Of a stretch of 64,000 nt of DNA, positions 1-9,000 are shown piece by piece (positions within the stretch are counted from its first letter, which is position 1; every line of letters starts with the position of its first letter). Position numbers and translations under genes: made by a program. Under the pieces are notes generated by a model. That model had not been told where the DNA came from. It worked only from the letters and a program-made list of their open reading frames with translations, and did not search any database. The stretch is from a virus: positions 32,001 to 96,000 of the IMG/VR virus record IMGVR_UViG_3300042886_000261; one strand, written 5' to 3'.

Positions 1-86
1 ATGGTGAAGGTTTAACATTTAATATTTCATATATTGAAATGCTAATTAGCAAAAGAATAAAAGAATTAAAAACTAAATCAGAGTAA
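1..86 (+). CDS. 3' end of a gene truncated by the window edge
   Basis: Open frame 3 (GEGLTFNISYIEMLISKRIKELKTKSE*) ends at TAA 84-86, 1 nt before the next ORF. Confidence 0.6.
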   Translation, partial: GEGLTFNISYIEMLISKRIKELKTKSE

Positions 87-111
87 AATGAAACCTTTAA
101 AAATAAAAAAA

Positions 112-360
112 ATGAAAAAGATAATAATACTGATAACAATAGTAACAGCAGGCTTCACTTATAGTTGTAAGAAAAATAATCCTACACCTAATAAGCCCTG
201 TAATTGTGGTATAATACAGTCAGATAATGTATCCAACTACTCAGTAGATATAAAGAATGACTGTTCAGGTAATGTAAAGACATGGACCTTATCACAGTCT
301 GATTGGATGACAGCCTATGTAGGCACCCACTATTGTATTACTAATACCACAAGCTGGTAA
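112..360 (+). CDS. Small lipoprotein, Bacteroidota-type
   Basis: MKKIIILITIVTAGFTYS-C-KK signal peptide II/lipobox. Start is probably ATG 112 rather than 88. Four further Cys. Confidence 0.7.
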   Translation: MKKIIILITIVTAGFTYSCKKNNPTPNKPCNCGIIQSDNVSNYSVDIKNDCSGNVKTWTLSQSDWMTAYVGTHYCITNTTSW

Positions 361-752
361 TGGAAAAGAAAAAGAAATACTGTTCAGGTTGTGAATCTGA
401 GCAATATATCTGGAAAGCACATGAAGGAAATAAGTATTGTAAAAATTGCTGGGGTAAGATCCAGTCTAAAGATCCTGATCATAAGGTGATACCACAAGTT
501 TCTGCAAAAAGAAAGAAACTTGATGTTGAGTATCTTAAATTAAGGGCAAAACATATGGAAAAGTTTCCGTTATGCCAAATTAAAGTTGCTGGCTGTACTA
601 ATATGGGTACAGATATACATCATACATATGCAGGCTCTAATAGAGATGCATTTTACTTGATTCAGTCAACTTGGGCTGTAACATGTAGAAATTGTCATAA
701 TTATGTGCATGAAAATCCAGCAAAAGCAAGAACAATGGGTTGGTTAAAATAA
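360..752 (+). CDS. Zn-finger plus HNH-type endonuclease
   Basis: CxxC..CxxC N-terminus, then CQ..C..DIHH...CRNCHNYVH HNH signature. Confidence 0.7.
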   Translation: MEKKKKYCSGCESEQYIWKAHEGNKYCKNCWGKIQSKDPDHKVIPQVSAKRKKLDVEYLKLRAKHMEKFPLCQIKVAGCTNMGTDIHHTYAGSNRDAFYLIQSTWAVTCRNCHNYVHENPAKARTMGWLK

Positions 753-765
753 AATACAATTAATT

Positions 766-1017
766 ATGAATACAAATAATATAACTAAAAGACCATGTGT
801 ACTTGTAGCACATGCTCATTTTTGTGATAGTCCTCATTATTATATTACTGATAAAAAAACTAAAAAAGTAAAGTATTTTACTGATGAAAAAGCTGAACAT
901 TATATAGATAAACACAGTGAAAAAGGGTATGATGAAACTTTAGTAAAAAATTATACCTTTAATCCAGATTTTCCTGAGTATCAAATAAATGGTAAAGGGC
1001 CTGAAGTATACGGTTAA
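766..1017 (+). CDS. Hypothetical protein
   Basis: ORF packed in the operon. Confidence 0.55.
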   Translation: MNTNNITKRPCVLVAHAHFCDSPHYYITDKKTKKVKYFTDEKAEHYIDKHSEKGYDETLVKNYTFNPDFPEYQINGKGPEVYG

Positions 1018-1028
1018 AATAAATTGAT

Positions 1029-1391
1029 ATGAAAACATTAAGACATGCTAAAGGTATTGAATGCAATCATCCACATGTCATTGAGGTTATTTTAAGTAAA
1101 TTTGTTACTTGTCCTCATTGTAAGATATTGCTAAGAGATCCTGATATTAAAACTAAATTTGAACAGCAAAGAATATCTGAAATTGAAAATGAAAAGTCTA
1201 AATTAGAAGACTTGGATAAAAAATTAATTGAAGAAAAACAAGTTATTTTTTCAGGTAATACTTTTAAATGCCCAAAATGTAATTCATTTATGGTACAAAG
1301 AATAAATAGTAAAACCAGTGAAATATTTTTTGGGTGTAAAGCATATCCAATATGTAAAGCAACTAAAAACGTAAAAATTATAAAAAGATGA
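1029..1391 (+). CDS. Protein with topoisomerase-type C4 zinc ribbon
   Basis: CPKCNSFMVQR...FFGCKAYPICKAT matches the topoisomerase I/III zinc-ribbon pattern. Confidence 0.7.
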   Translation: MKTLRHAKGIECNHPHVIEVILSKFVTCPHCKILLRDPDIKTKFEQQRISEIENEKSKLEDLDKKLIEEKQVIFSGNTFKCPKCNSFMVQRINSKTSEIFFGCKAYPICKATKNVKIIKR

Positions 1392-2488
1392 AAAGAGAAG
1401 AGATACAACAGTTAGCACTTGATGCTACTGATAAGAAAAAAAGATCTGGATTATCATTAGCAACAGGAATTGGCAAGACTTTAGTAGCCCTATTACACAT
1501 GGAGAAAAACATAACTCCATTGATGAATGTATTAGTGGTAGCACCTAAGTTAAGTATCTTTACATCTTGGAGAGCTGAAGCAATAAAGTTTAAAAAGTCA
1601 CATCTTATGGATAATGTAAAGTTCACAACTTATTTAAGTTTGAATAAACTTGATCCTAGAGAGTATGATATGATATACTTTGATGAGGCTCACTCATTAT
1701 TACCTACACATAAAACATTTTTGGATGAGTATACCGGTAAAATCTTAGGATTAACCGGTACTCCTCCTAAAAATACACATAGTGAGAAAGGTGAGATGAT
1801 GCAAGAGTTCTATCCTATATGTTATGAATATCTTACTGATGATGCTGTTAATGATAATATCTTAAATGATTATAAAATCATTGTACATGAGATTAAACTA
1901 GACAACATCAACAAAAATGTAAAAGCAGGTAGTAAGTATAAACAATTCTTTACTACTGAAGTAGCTAATTATCAGTACTGGTGTAATAGAATAGATATGT
2001 CTAGACCAGGTAAAGAACAACAGATAGCTAGAATCATGAGGATGAAAGCTATGATGGAGTATCCAAGTAAAGAAAAGTATACTAAACTATTGAGTAATTC
2101 AATTAGTTCTAAGTGTATAATATTTGCTAATACTCAAGAACAGGCTGATGTGTTATGCACAAATAGCTATCATAGTACTAATCCTGAGTCTAATGAGAAT
2201 CTTAATATGTTTAAGTCAGGTGATATTACCAGACTATCATGTGTATTGCAGTTAAGTGAGGGTATTAATATTCCTGAGTTAAAGCAATGCATTATTCTAC
2301 ATGCATATGGTAATGAGCGTAAGGCCTCACAACGTATTGGGAGATGTTTACGTCTTGCAGTTGATGAGACAGCTACTATTCATATACTATGTTATGTAGA
2401 TACTATTGATAAGAGTTGGGTTACTGAAGCATTATCAGGATTTGATCAGGATAAAATAGAGTGGAAAAATTTTAATATTAAATTATGA
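1388..2488 (+). CDS. Superfamily 2 (DEAH) helicase
   Basis: ATGIGKT, DEAH, GLTGTP, EGINIP, QRIGR motifs. Confidence 0.9.
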   Translation: MKREEIQQLALDATDKKKRSGLSLATGIGKTLVALLHMEKNITPLMNVLVVAPKLSIFTSWRAEAIKFKKSHLMDNVKFTTYLSLNKLDPREYDMIYFDEAHSLLPTHKTFLDEYTGKILGLTGTPPKNTHSEKGEMMQEFYPICYEYLTDDAVNDNILNDYKIIVHEIKLDNINKNVKAGSKYKQFFTTEVANYQYWCNRIDMSRPGKEQQIARIMRMKAMMEYPSKEKYTKLLSNSISSKCIIFANTQEQADVLCTNSYHSTNPESNENLNMFKSGDITRLSCVLQLSEGINIPELKQCIILHAYGNERKASQRIGRCLRLAVDETATIHILCYVDTIDKSWVTEALSGFDQDKIEWKNFNIKL

Positions 2489-2703
2489 AACCAAAAGAAA
2501 AAGCAGAAGAGTTAGTTGAAAAGTTCTATTCAAGAGCCACATCCTATTCTTTAGATAGAAAAAATCAGAATGAAAATGCTAAACAATGTGCATTAATTGC
2601 AGTTGATGAGATAATGAAACAATGCTATGATTATAGAGATATTGATTTACAAGCATCTTATGATTATTGGGAAGAAGTTAAATCTGAAATAGAAAAATTA
2701 TGA
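2485..2703 (+). CDS. Hypothetical phage protein
   Basis: PKEKAEELV...AKQCALIAVDEI pattern recalled from Flavobacteriia phages. ATGA overlap. Confidence 0.65.
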   Translation: MKPKEKAEELVEKFYSRATSYSLDRKNQNENAKQCALIAVDEIMKQCYDYRDIDLQASYDYWEEVKSEIEKL

Positions 2704-3074
2704 CAGCAAAATTAGTTAAAGATAGTAATGGTTATTGGTTAGATTCTAATGATGAAGTTATTAAAGATTTTTTACAAGAAGGTAAATTATCTAAAGAGAA
2801 CTGTGATGAGATATTTGGAGTAGTTGATGTTGATAAGTTGGCAGAAGAAGAAACAAGAAAATATTTACCAGGTTGTCCTGAAAATATAATGAATTTCATA
2901 GCACATAAAAGATTCTTTAAAATAGCTTTTGAACAAGCAATGGAGTTGTATCAACCAAAAGTAATTAATGTTGATGTAAAAATGAAAATTGTAAAAGAAG
3001 AGTCTACAAAAAATTCACCAGCTAAAACATTTAAATTAGATGAAAATGATTGTTTAATACTTAAAAAAATATAA
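2700..3074 (+). CDS. Hypothetical protein
   Basis: ATGA-coupled ORF. Confidence 0.6.
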   Translation: MTAKLVKDSNGYWLDSNDEVIKDFLQEGKLSKENCDEIFGVVDVDKLAEEETRKYLPGCPENIMNFIAHKRFFKIAFEQAMELYQPKVINVDVKMKIVKEESTKNSPAKTFKLDENDCLILKKI

Positions 3075-3075
3075 G

Positions 3076-3282
3076 ATGTATAAAATAACAAGAACAGTGA
3101 TAGATTTATCTTCTATCCCAGTAGAATTAAGATGTCATCCTTTAATACCTACAATTAAGCATTCATATGCTGAGTTTCACTATAGTAAAGAAGGAGATGA
3201 TGATTCTTTAACAACTTATTTAATTGAGACATATCCTAGTCTTAGACGTAAAATATCATTTTTAATTTATATAGATATATGA
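3076..3282 (+). CDS. Hypothetical protein
   Basis: ORF packed in the operon. Confidence 0.55.
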   Translation: MYKITRTVIDLSSIPVELRCHPLIPTIKHSYAEFHYSKEGDDDSLTTYLIETYPSLRRKISFLIYIDI

Positions 3283-3374
3283 AAAAAAGAATTGTAGAAA
3301 TAATTATATTTTTAATTGGATTTATAGGTGGAAGTGCAATTTTACATTATATATTAAATTATGGCAGAATATGA
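3279..3374 (+). CDS. 31-aa membrane peptide (not in ORF track)
   Basis: MKKRIVEIIIFLIGFIGGSAILHYILNYGRI*, ATGA-coupled, fills a gap. Confidence 0.5.
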   Translation: MKKRIVEIIIFLIGFIGGSAILHYILNYGRI

Positions 3375-3873
3375 TCAAGACAATGTCAAATTCATAAGAG
3401 CACTGGTAAAAATATCTAGTGCTCTTTATGATATTGATGAAATGAAAAAGAATAAGAAGTTTAAGTATGCATTAAAGAAAGATGTATCTGAATGGCATGA
3501 ATGGTCTGAAGAGTATATTAAAGAACCAATGAGTGTATTTGGTGATACTGATGCTAATGCTTTAATGACGCTGATACAGATTTTTGATGATTATAGTCAT
3601 AAAATTCACATAAAAGATGAATTTAATACTAGATTAAACTTATTTTTGGCTAAAATTGCATCAGCAAGATGGGATTTAATCCAGCTTGAAGTTGATAATA
3701 AATCAAGAATGAGCTTATTGATTAAGAATATAGAAATATTAACTAGTAAAGGTTACTTTAAGTCTTATACAGACTATATAGATCCTTATGGTAAAGGTTT
3801 TACTGATATTGTTGATTCTATGAATAAAGTAGGAAACACAATAATAGTAGGAACTGAAGAAAATAATTTGTAA
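3361..3873 (+). CDS. Hypothetical protein
   Basis: 170-aa ORF, predicted helical. Confidence 0.65.
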   Translation: MAEYDQDNVKFIRALVKISSALYDIDEMKKNKKFKYALKKDVSEWHEWSEEYIKEPMSVFGDTDANALMTLIQIFDDYSHKIHIKDEFNTRLNLFLAKIASARWDLIQLEVDNKSRMSLLIKNIEILTSKGYFKSYTDYIDPYGKGFTDIVDSMNKVGNTIIVGTEENNL

Positions 3874-3889
3874 ATTAATATATAAAAAC

Positions 3890-4138
3890 ATGGTTTTGGA
3901 AAAGACACATAAAATAACATTGTATAATGATGACAACCATGATTTTTTATATATCATAGCTTGTCTCATTAAAATATGTAAGCACTCACCTGATCAAGCT
4001 GAGCAGTGTGCTATAATAGTAGATAATAAAGGTTCATATGATATTATGTCTGGTGCATTTAATGATATCTTTGATATATATAACCAATTATCTGATCTAG
4101 AATTAAATGTAGAGATAGGTGAAAGTCAAGTTCATTAA
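3890..4138 (+). CDS. clpS: ATP-dependent Clp protease adaptor ClpS-like protein
   Basis: LYNDDNHDF..I..LIKIC.HS..QAEQCAIIV..KG matches the Bacteroidota ClpS pattern. Confidence 0.8.
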   Translation: MVLEKTHKITLYNDDNHDFLYIIACLIKICKHSPDQAEQCAIIVDNKGSYDIMSGAFNDIFDIYNQLSDLELNVEIGESQVH

Positions 4139-4140
4139 GT

Positions 4141-4407
4141 ATGATCAAGGTTATTTGCATTAACTCAAAAAATAAACCCAATAAGATTCCTTTAAGTCAA
4201 TGGCCAGTAGAAAATCAATTCTACACAGTGGTGAAAGTAATGAATATGGGTATTCAAGCTAACACATATGGATATGAGTTAGAAGAAATAAATCTTGATG
4301 GATGTTTTCCTTATGAATATTATAATGCTAATAGATTTGCTGTAGTAAGTACAAGCAAGACTAAGAAAGCAGAAGAAATTCTTGAAGAAGATTTTGCATT
4401 AGTTTAA
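4141..4407 (+). CDS. Hypothetical protein
   Basis: ORF packed in the operon (KVICIN...Y.A.RF). Confidence 0.65.
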   Translation: MIKVICINSKNKPNKIPLSQWPVENQFYTVVKVMNMGIQANTYGYELEEINLDGCFPYEYYNANRFAVVSTSKTKKAEEILEEDFALV

Positions 4408-4417
4408 CTTAAATAAA

Positions 4418-4780
4418 ATGAATAAAACAGAATTAGAAGAAGCTGCTGAAAGATATTACATAAACTGTATCCCATCAGATAGACATTCATTTATTAATGG
4501 TGCTTTATGGCAAGCTAAAAGAATGTATAGTGAGGCAGGATTTATTACTAACAATTTAATTATAAACACTATGGAAACAATTGACATAAAAGAACTATTA
4601 AAGTATTTAGTTCTAAACACTAACCAAAGCAGTCCTTTTCTCTCCCCTGAAATAACACATACCCTCGATCTTTATCCTTTATTAAATAAGATTGCAGAAC
4701 TAAGAGGTATGACTCCAGAAGAAAATGGAGAACAATACAACGCAATAGGTGATGAATTATTTCCACCTAAAATAATTTAA
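4418..4780 (+). CDS. Hypothetical protein, possibly a chimeric fusion
   Basis: LEEAAE...GALWQAKRMYSE N-terminal half joined to a second unit starting METIDIK. Confidence 0.55.
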   Translation: MNKTELEEAAERYYINCIPSDRHSFINGALWQAKRMYSEAGFITNNLIINTMETIDIKELLKYLVLNTNQSSPFLSPEITHTLDLYPLLNKIAELRGMTPEENGEQYNAIGDELFPPKII

Positions 4781-4792
4781 AAAGAAATAATT

Positions 4793-4885
4793 ATGACTAC
4801 ACTAACATTATTAATAATTCATATAGGTTTTGTCTTATGGTTTTATGTAGGATATAGATTTGGTAAACAATTTAAAAAAAAATAG
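4793..4885 (+). CDS. 30-aa membrane peptide (not in ORF track)
   Basis: MTTLTLLIIHIGFVLWFYVGYRFGKQFKKK*. Confidence 0.5.
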   Translation: MTTLTLLIIHIGFVLWFYVGYRFGKQFKKK

Positions 4886-4886
4886 T

Positions 4887-5060
4887 ATGAAAAAAGAAAA
4901 TGTATTTGCTACAAGCTTATTTATATACATAGCATGTACTCAGTTATTTAGCATGCATTTTTGGTATTTATGGGCTCAACATCATGGGTTCTTAAGTACT
5001 GTATTTGTAGGTCCTATAGTAGCTGAGATTAAAGGATTCCTGTTTCCATTTTTTATTTAA
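4887..5060 (+). CDS. Small membrane protein
   Basis: Two hydrophobic segments. ATG 4887 is more likely than TTG 4860. Confidence 0.55.
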   Translation: MKKENVFATSLFIYIACTQLFSMHFWYLWAQHHGFLSTVFVGPIVAEIKGFLFPFFI

Positions 5061-5063
5061 ACT

Positions 5064-5516
5064 ATGGAGTACACTAAAGATGATGTTATACAAGAGTTAA
5101 GAGATTTTTGTAATACACATAAAACCAAAGAAAGACATGTAACTGATAGGAGAAACTATTTAATTGCTATACTTTATTATGAATTTGCAATGGCAGAAAC
5201 AGAAATTGTTTCACACACAAATTTAACTAGTAGAAGTACAATTAATCATGCAAAAAGATCTGGGTATGAGTTATATATGACAAAAGATAAAGGTTATCTT
5301 GAAAACATTAAAGATTTAGTTATTAAGTATCCGTGTAAATTTAAAGATCTTAATGTAAAAACAAGAACATGTTTACCGTCAACAACAATGTCTGTATCAT
5401 TATCACATCCTAATATTATAATACTTAATAATTATATGAAAGCAAAAAATATTGACAATGTTGATGATGCAGTTAAAAAATTAATCATATCAGTCTTAAA
5501 GTTATGGGAAGAATAA
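5064..5516 (+). CDS. HTH DNA-binding protein (DnaA C-terminal-like)
   Basis: RHVTDRRNYLIAIL...EIV...RSTINHA resembles the DnaA domain IV helix-turn-helix. Confidence 0.5.
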   Translation: MEYTKDDVIQELRDFCNTHKTKERHVTDRRNYLIAILYYEFAMAETEIVSHTNLTSRSTINHAKRSGYELYMTKDKGYLENIKDLVIKYPCKFKDLNVKTRTCLPSTTMSVSLSHPNIIILNNYMKAKNIDNVDDAVKKLIISVLKLWEE

Positions 5517-5647
5517 AAGAAATATATATTGATTTAATTAATCAGTACGGACATGTGGATGATATTCCACTAGATGTTGAAATTGGAGATTATATAGCTA
5601 AAAAAAGAGAAAATGAAGAAGAAAGAGAAGAAAAGAGAGATCAGTGA
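5504..5647 (+). CDS. 47-aa hypothetical (not in ORF track)
   Basis: MGRIKEIYIDLINQYG... fills a gap, overlaps neighbours. Confidence 0.5.
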   Translation: MGRIKEIYIDLINQYGHVDDIPLDVEIGDYIAKKRENEEEREEKRDQ

Positions 5648-5783
5648 TATAAAAACTGCATGTTGTAATGCAGATTGGTATATAAGATCAAGAGGTAATT
5701 ACAGATGTGAAAAATGTGATGGTGACATTGCATTACAAATCCTATATTATGGTATGCTAATTAATGACTCTAAAAAAAAATGA
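5613..5783 (+). CDS. 56-aa zinc-ribbon protein (not in ORF track)
   Basis: TACCNA...YRCEKC; ATGA overlap with the next gene. Confidence 0.55.
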   Translation: MKKKEKKREISDIKTACCNADWYIRSRGNYRCEKCDGDIALQILYYGMLINDSKKK

Positions 5784-5974
5784 AGCATTTTCTAAAATAT
5801 CTTACAGTATGGATTAGTCAAAACTTGGCTATTCCATTCTGGACAATTGGACATTTACATCTTATGGTAAATGTTTATGAAGATATTATAGAAGTTATTG
5901 CATCATGTGGCATGAATTTAATAGTTGCCATAGGATTTATTATTGATTATATAGATCAGAGAAAAAACCGTTAA
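5780..5974 (+). CDS. Small membrane protein
   Basis: Hydrophobic 64-aa ORF. Confidence 0.6.
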   Translation: MKHFLKYLTVWISQNLAIPFWTIGHLHLMVNVYEDIIEVIASCGMNLIVAIGFIIDYIDQRKNR

Positions 5975-5984
5975 CTTAAATAAT

Positions 5985-6212
5985 ATGGGTTTACAGGAAG
6001 AATGGAATGAAAGAAGAAATACTGTAAAGATGCATAATCAAGTGGTTAAAAAGAATATTGTAAAAAAAAATATTATTATTAATCAGACTGATTTAGATAA
6101 ATGTTTTATACATTTAGGCTGGAAAAACACAACTGATGCTTTTTATAATCTTGATTACACACCTTTTATGGGAGTTCTTAATGATTATATGGCAAAGTTG
6201 ATTAAAAAATAA
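5985..6212 (+). CDS. Hypothetical protein
   Basis: ORF packed in the operon. Confidence 0.5.
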   Translation: MGLQEEWNERRNTVKMHNQVVKKNIVKKNIIINQTDLDKCFIHLGWKNTTDAFYNLDYTPFMGVLNDYMAKLIKK

Positions 6213-6290
6213 ATATTATGAAAACATCATTAGTTATCACATGTATAGTAATTTGTATTATTTATTATCAAATTAGAAACAGTGATTGAT

Positions 6291-6503
6291 ATGGAAGATT
6301 TATATGGAATTGAGTTAATGTTAAAATGGATTAAGTATAAAGTGACAAATAAAACAAGTATGCTAAGAAAAAGAAAAATAATAAAAAAGTCACCTATAAA
6401 TAATTCTATGATAATTAAAAAGCATAATCATAGAAAATTATATAGAGAATACATAGAAAAGAAAGCAAGCACAGGATTTTACACACAAACAATTAATTAT
6501 TAA
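6291..6503 (+). CDS. Hypothetical basic protein
   Basis: ATG 6291 is the likely start. Confidence 0.45.
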   Translation: MEDLYGIELMLKWIKYKVTNKTSMLRKRKIIKKSPINNSMIIKKHNHRKLYREYIEKKASTGFYTQTINY

Positions 6504-6519
6504 CTTGGTCAGTAGTAAT

Positions 6520-6726
6520 ATGAAGACAAAATATAAAATATTAAAATCACAGTACTCATATGGTGGGTATTTTGTACAAACTAAAGAAGGCTTTTTTGGC
6601 TTTTGGAGATATAGTAAAGATCCACAAGGATTTATTATATTATTCTCAACAGCAATGGAGGCTGAAGACTATATTGATAACATAATAGAAGAAAAATTAA
6701 AAAATGAAGCAGCAAGAACTAACTGA
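6520..6726 (+). CDS. Hypothetical protein
   Basis: KYKI...YFVQTK..FFGFW...F.T..EA..YI, a common small phage pattern. Confidence 0.55.
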   Translation: MKTKYKILKSQYSYGGYFVQTKEGFFGFWRYSKDPQGFIILFSTAMEAEDYIDNIIEEKLKNEAARTN

Positions 6727-6961
6727 AGCAGGATTTGATAAAGTAATTGTTACTAAGGAAGAATCTGGTGATAAAAATGATTATTACTATTACTCATATG
6801 AAATAAACTCTGATGTAATACTGATATCAAATGAAAGTGATGAGATAAATAATAATCAGTGGAAAGTATATGAGCACTCTTGGGGTGTTGCTATGACAGA
6901 TATTGAAGATGTAGTATTACTTATTGACTTATTTAAAAAGTGGAGTAAAATACCATTATAA
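6704..6961 (+). CDS. Hypothetical protein
   Basis: ORF packed in the operon. Confidence 0.6.
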   Translation: MKQQELTEAGFDKVIVTKEESGDKNDYYYYSYEINSDVILISNESDEINNNQWKVYEHSWGVAMTDIEDVVLLIDLFKKWSKIPL

Positions 6962-6980
6962 CCTTTAAAACAAAACCAAT

Positions 6981-7367
6981 ATGTTTAGCGCAAAATTTAT
7001 TAAGAAAAATGGAAAACTCACCTACAAAACTGAAAAGGAAAGTTTAGCTTATGCTGAATTTGTAAAATTAGTAGAAGAAGATGAGGAATTAGAAATGTTT
7101 ATTAGCATTCAAGGTAAATCTGGATCTTATGCACAAATCTCAAAAATACATGTATGTATTAGAGAAATGGCAAAAGAATCAGGATATACATTTGATGAAA
7201 TGAAAAAACTTGTCAAAACACAAGCAGGATTATGCTTTGATGTAAATGATGAAGGTAGAAAGCTTGAGATGTGCAAATCATTTGCTGAGTGTTCAAGTGA
7301 TGAGCTATCCCAAGCTGTTCAAGCATGTATAGAAATAGGAGCAGAGTACAATATTAATCTAGCGTAG
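6981..7367 (+). CDS. NinB/Orf-like recombination accessory protein
   Basis: S.AQ..KIH..IREMAKESG....MK...KSFAE.S..ELS..V...IEIGAE resembles the NinB fold pattern. Confidence 0.5.
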   Translation: MFSAKFIKKNGKLTYKTEKESLAYAEFVKLVEEDEELEMFISIQGKSGSYAQISKIHVCIREMAKESGYTFDEMKKLVKTQAGLCFDVNDEGRKLEMCKSFAECSSDELSQAVQACIEIGAEYNINLA

Positions 7368-7674
7368 GTTCTACATAACCTTCATCTCCTGGTTCAAGAA
7401 CTTCTTTCTCATCAAAAAGATTTTGCTCTACAGAAAGTCTTTCAATTTCAGCTATCATTAAAGTAACAGTGTAAAAAGATTGCTCAACTTGAGACATCTT
7501 TGAGTAATCTGCAGCTTTAATAGTTTCAAATGACTTTTCAGAAGCTTCTGGACCAGCCAATTGAATTTGATTGTATAAGTAAAACAAGTTATTCTTTAAC
7601 ATAAAGTAATATGCTTTGTTTACTGGGACACTGATTTGAGCATCATCTTTTAATTCTTTTACTTTTATAGCCAT
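7354..7674 (-). CDS. Hypothetical protein; lone reverse-strand gene
   Basis: 106-aa ORF exactly fills the gap between two + genes, with protein-like composition. Confidence 0.75.
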   Translation of the reverse strand: MAIKVKELKDDAQISVPVNKAYYFMLKNNLFYLYNQIQLAGPEASEKSFETIKAADYSKMSQVEQSFYTVTLMIAEIERLSVEQNLFDEKEVLEPGDEGYVEPTLD

Positions 7675-7694
7675 GGCTTAAAATTTTAATTAGT

Positions 7695-8408
7695 ATGACA
7701 ACAAATATAAACATAAATGAAATAAAAGAAAAATTAAACGCAAAATTAATTGAATCAGGATGGGCAAGAGTTCTCAGAGGGTTTATATTTAGTAGTGAGT
7801 TTGATACTATTTTATTGACATTGATAAAAGATTCACAGGAAGATAGACGGTTTACTCCATTTATGAAGTATGTGTTTAGAGCATTTGAAGAATGTCCATA
7901 TGATGAACTCAAGGTAGTGATAATTGGACAAGATCCATATTCTGGAATTGAACAAGCTGATGGACTTGCTTTCTCATGTGCTTTTGAAAAGAAACCATTA
8001 CCAGCATTGGAATATTTATTACAAGCTGTTAATGATACTGTATATGAGTCTGAGAGCATTTCTAATGACAAAGACTTAAAGAGATGGAGTAACCAAGGTA
8101 TTCTAATGCTAAATAGTGCCCTTACTACAACAATAGGCAAACCAAATTCACATATAGAATTATGGAGACCAATGATGGCATATGTATTAGATTACCTTAA
8201 AATCTACAATCCTGGATTATGTTATATTTTGATGGGAAGAACTTCAGAACAGTTAATTGATTACTTATCTGAAAAAGATCCTTTATTTATTTTAACACAT
8301 CCTATGAATGCTATATCTTTAGGTAAAAAGAAATGGCCATGTGATGATGTATTTAGAAAAGTATCTGAGATTACAAAAAAGAATTATAATTTTGATATAA
8401 AGTGGTAA
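7695..8408 (+). CDS. ung: Uracil-DNA glycosylase (family 1)
   Basis: VVIIGQDPY, ADGLAFS, W..QGILMLNSALT, HP motifs. Confidence 0.9.
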   Translation: MTTNININEIKEKLNAKLIESGWARVLRGFIFSSEFDTILLTLIKDSQEDRRFTPFMKYVFRAFEECPYDELKVVIIGQDPYSGIEQADGLAFSCAFEKKPLPALEYLLQAVNDTVYESESISNDKDLKRWSNQGILMLNSALTTTIGKPNSHIELWRPMMAYVLDYLKIYNPGLCYILMGRTSEQLIDYLSEKDPLFILTHPMNAISLGKKKWPCDDVFRKVSEITKKNYNFDIKW

Positions 8409-8409
8409 T

Positions 8410-9000
8410 ATGGATGAAATTTTTAATTTATTAATAAAGAAACAGTTGAGTCCAAATCAATTGTATATACTCTATTGTATTAAGCATAAAATTAAAACTA
8501 ATGATTTTATTAATGATGCATTAGAGGTAAAACGCTTACAGTCAACAGACTGGTTAGAAGCTGATATGAAACTAGCAGGTAAGGCAATAATTCTTTTACA
8601 AGAACTAGAATCTTATTTTAAGAATAGTAAGAAAAAAACAAGTACAACATTGATGGGTGATAATTTTATGGAAAATATTGATGTTTATTTAGATATTTTT
8701 CCTAAATTTAAGCTACCAAGTGGTAAATATGCAAGGTCAGATAAAAAGAATCTAGAGAATAACTTCAGATGGTTTTTTGAATCACATACTTATACATGGG
8801 AAACAGTAATTAATGCTACAAAGACATATGTTGATGAGTATGAAGCAACAGGATATAAGTATATGAGAACATCTCAATACTTTATTAGAAAACAAGGCTC
8901 AGATAAAACTTATGATTCTGAATTAGCAAATTATTGTGATATGTTATTAAATGGGTCAGATGATCCGTCACAAACACATTTTAAAGAAAAAGTAGTATAA
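8410..9000 (+). CDS. Putative replication initiator/helicase-loader-like protein
   Basis: Sits upstream of DnaB, with a wHTH-like N-terminus and FP..LPSG C-terminal domain. Function inferred from context. Confidence 0.45.
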   Translation: MDEIFNLLIKKQLSPNQLYILYCIKHKIKTNDFINDALEVKRLQSTDWLEADMKLAGKAIILLQELESYFKNSKKKTSTTLMGDNFMENIDVYLDIFPKFKLPSGKYARSDKKNLENNFRWFFESHTYTWETVINATKTYVDEYEATGYKYMRTSQYFIRKQGSDKTYDSELANYCDMLLNGSDDPSQTHFKEKVV

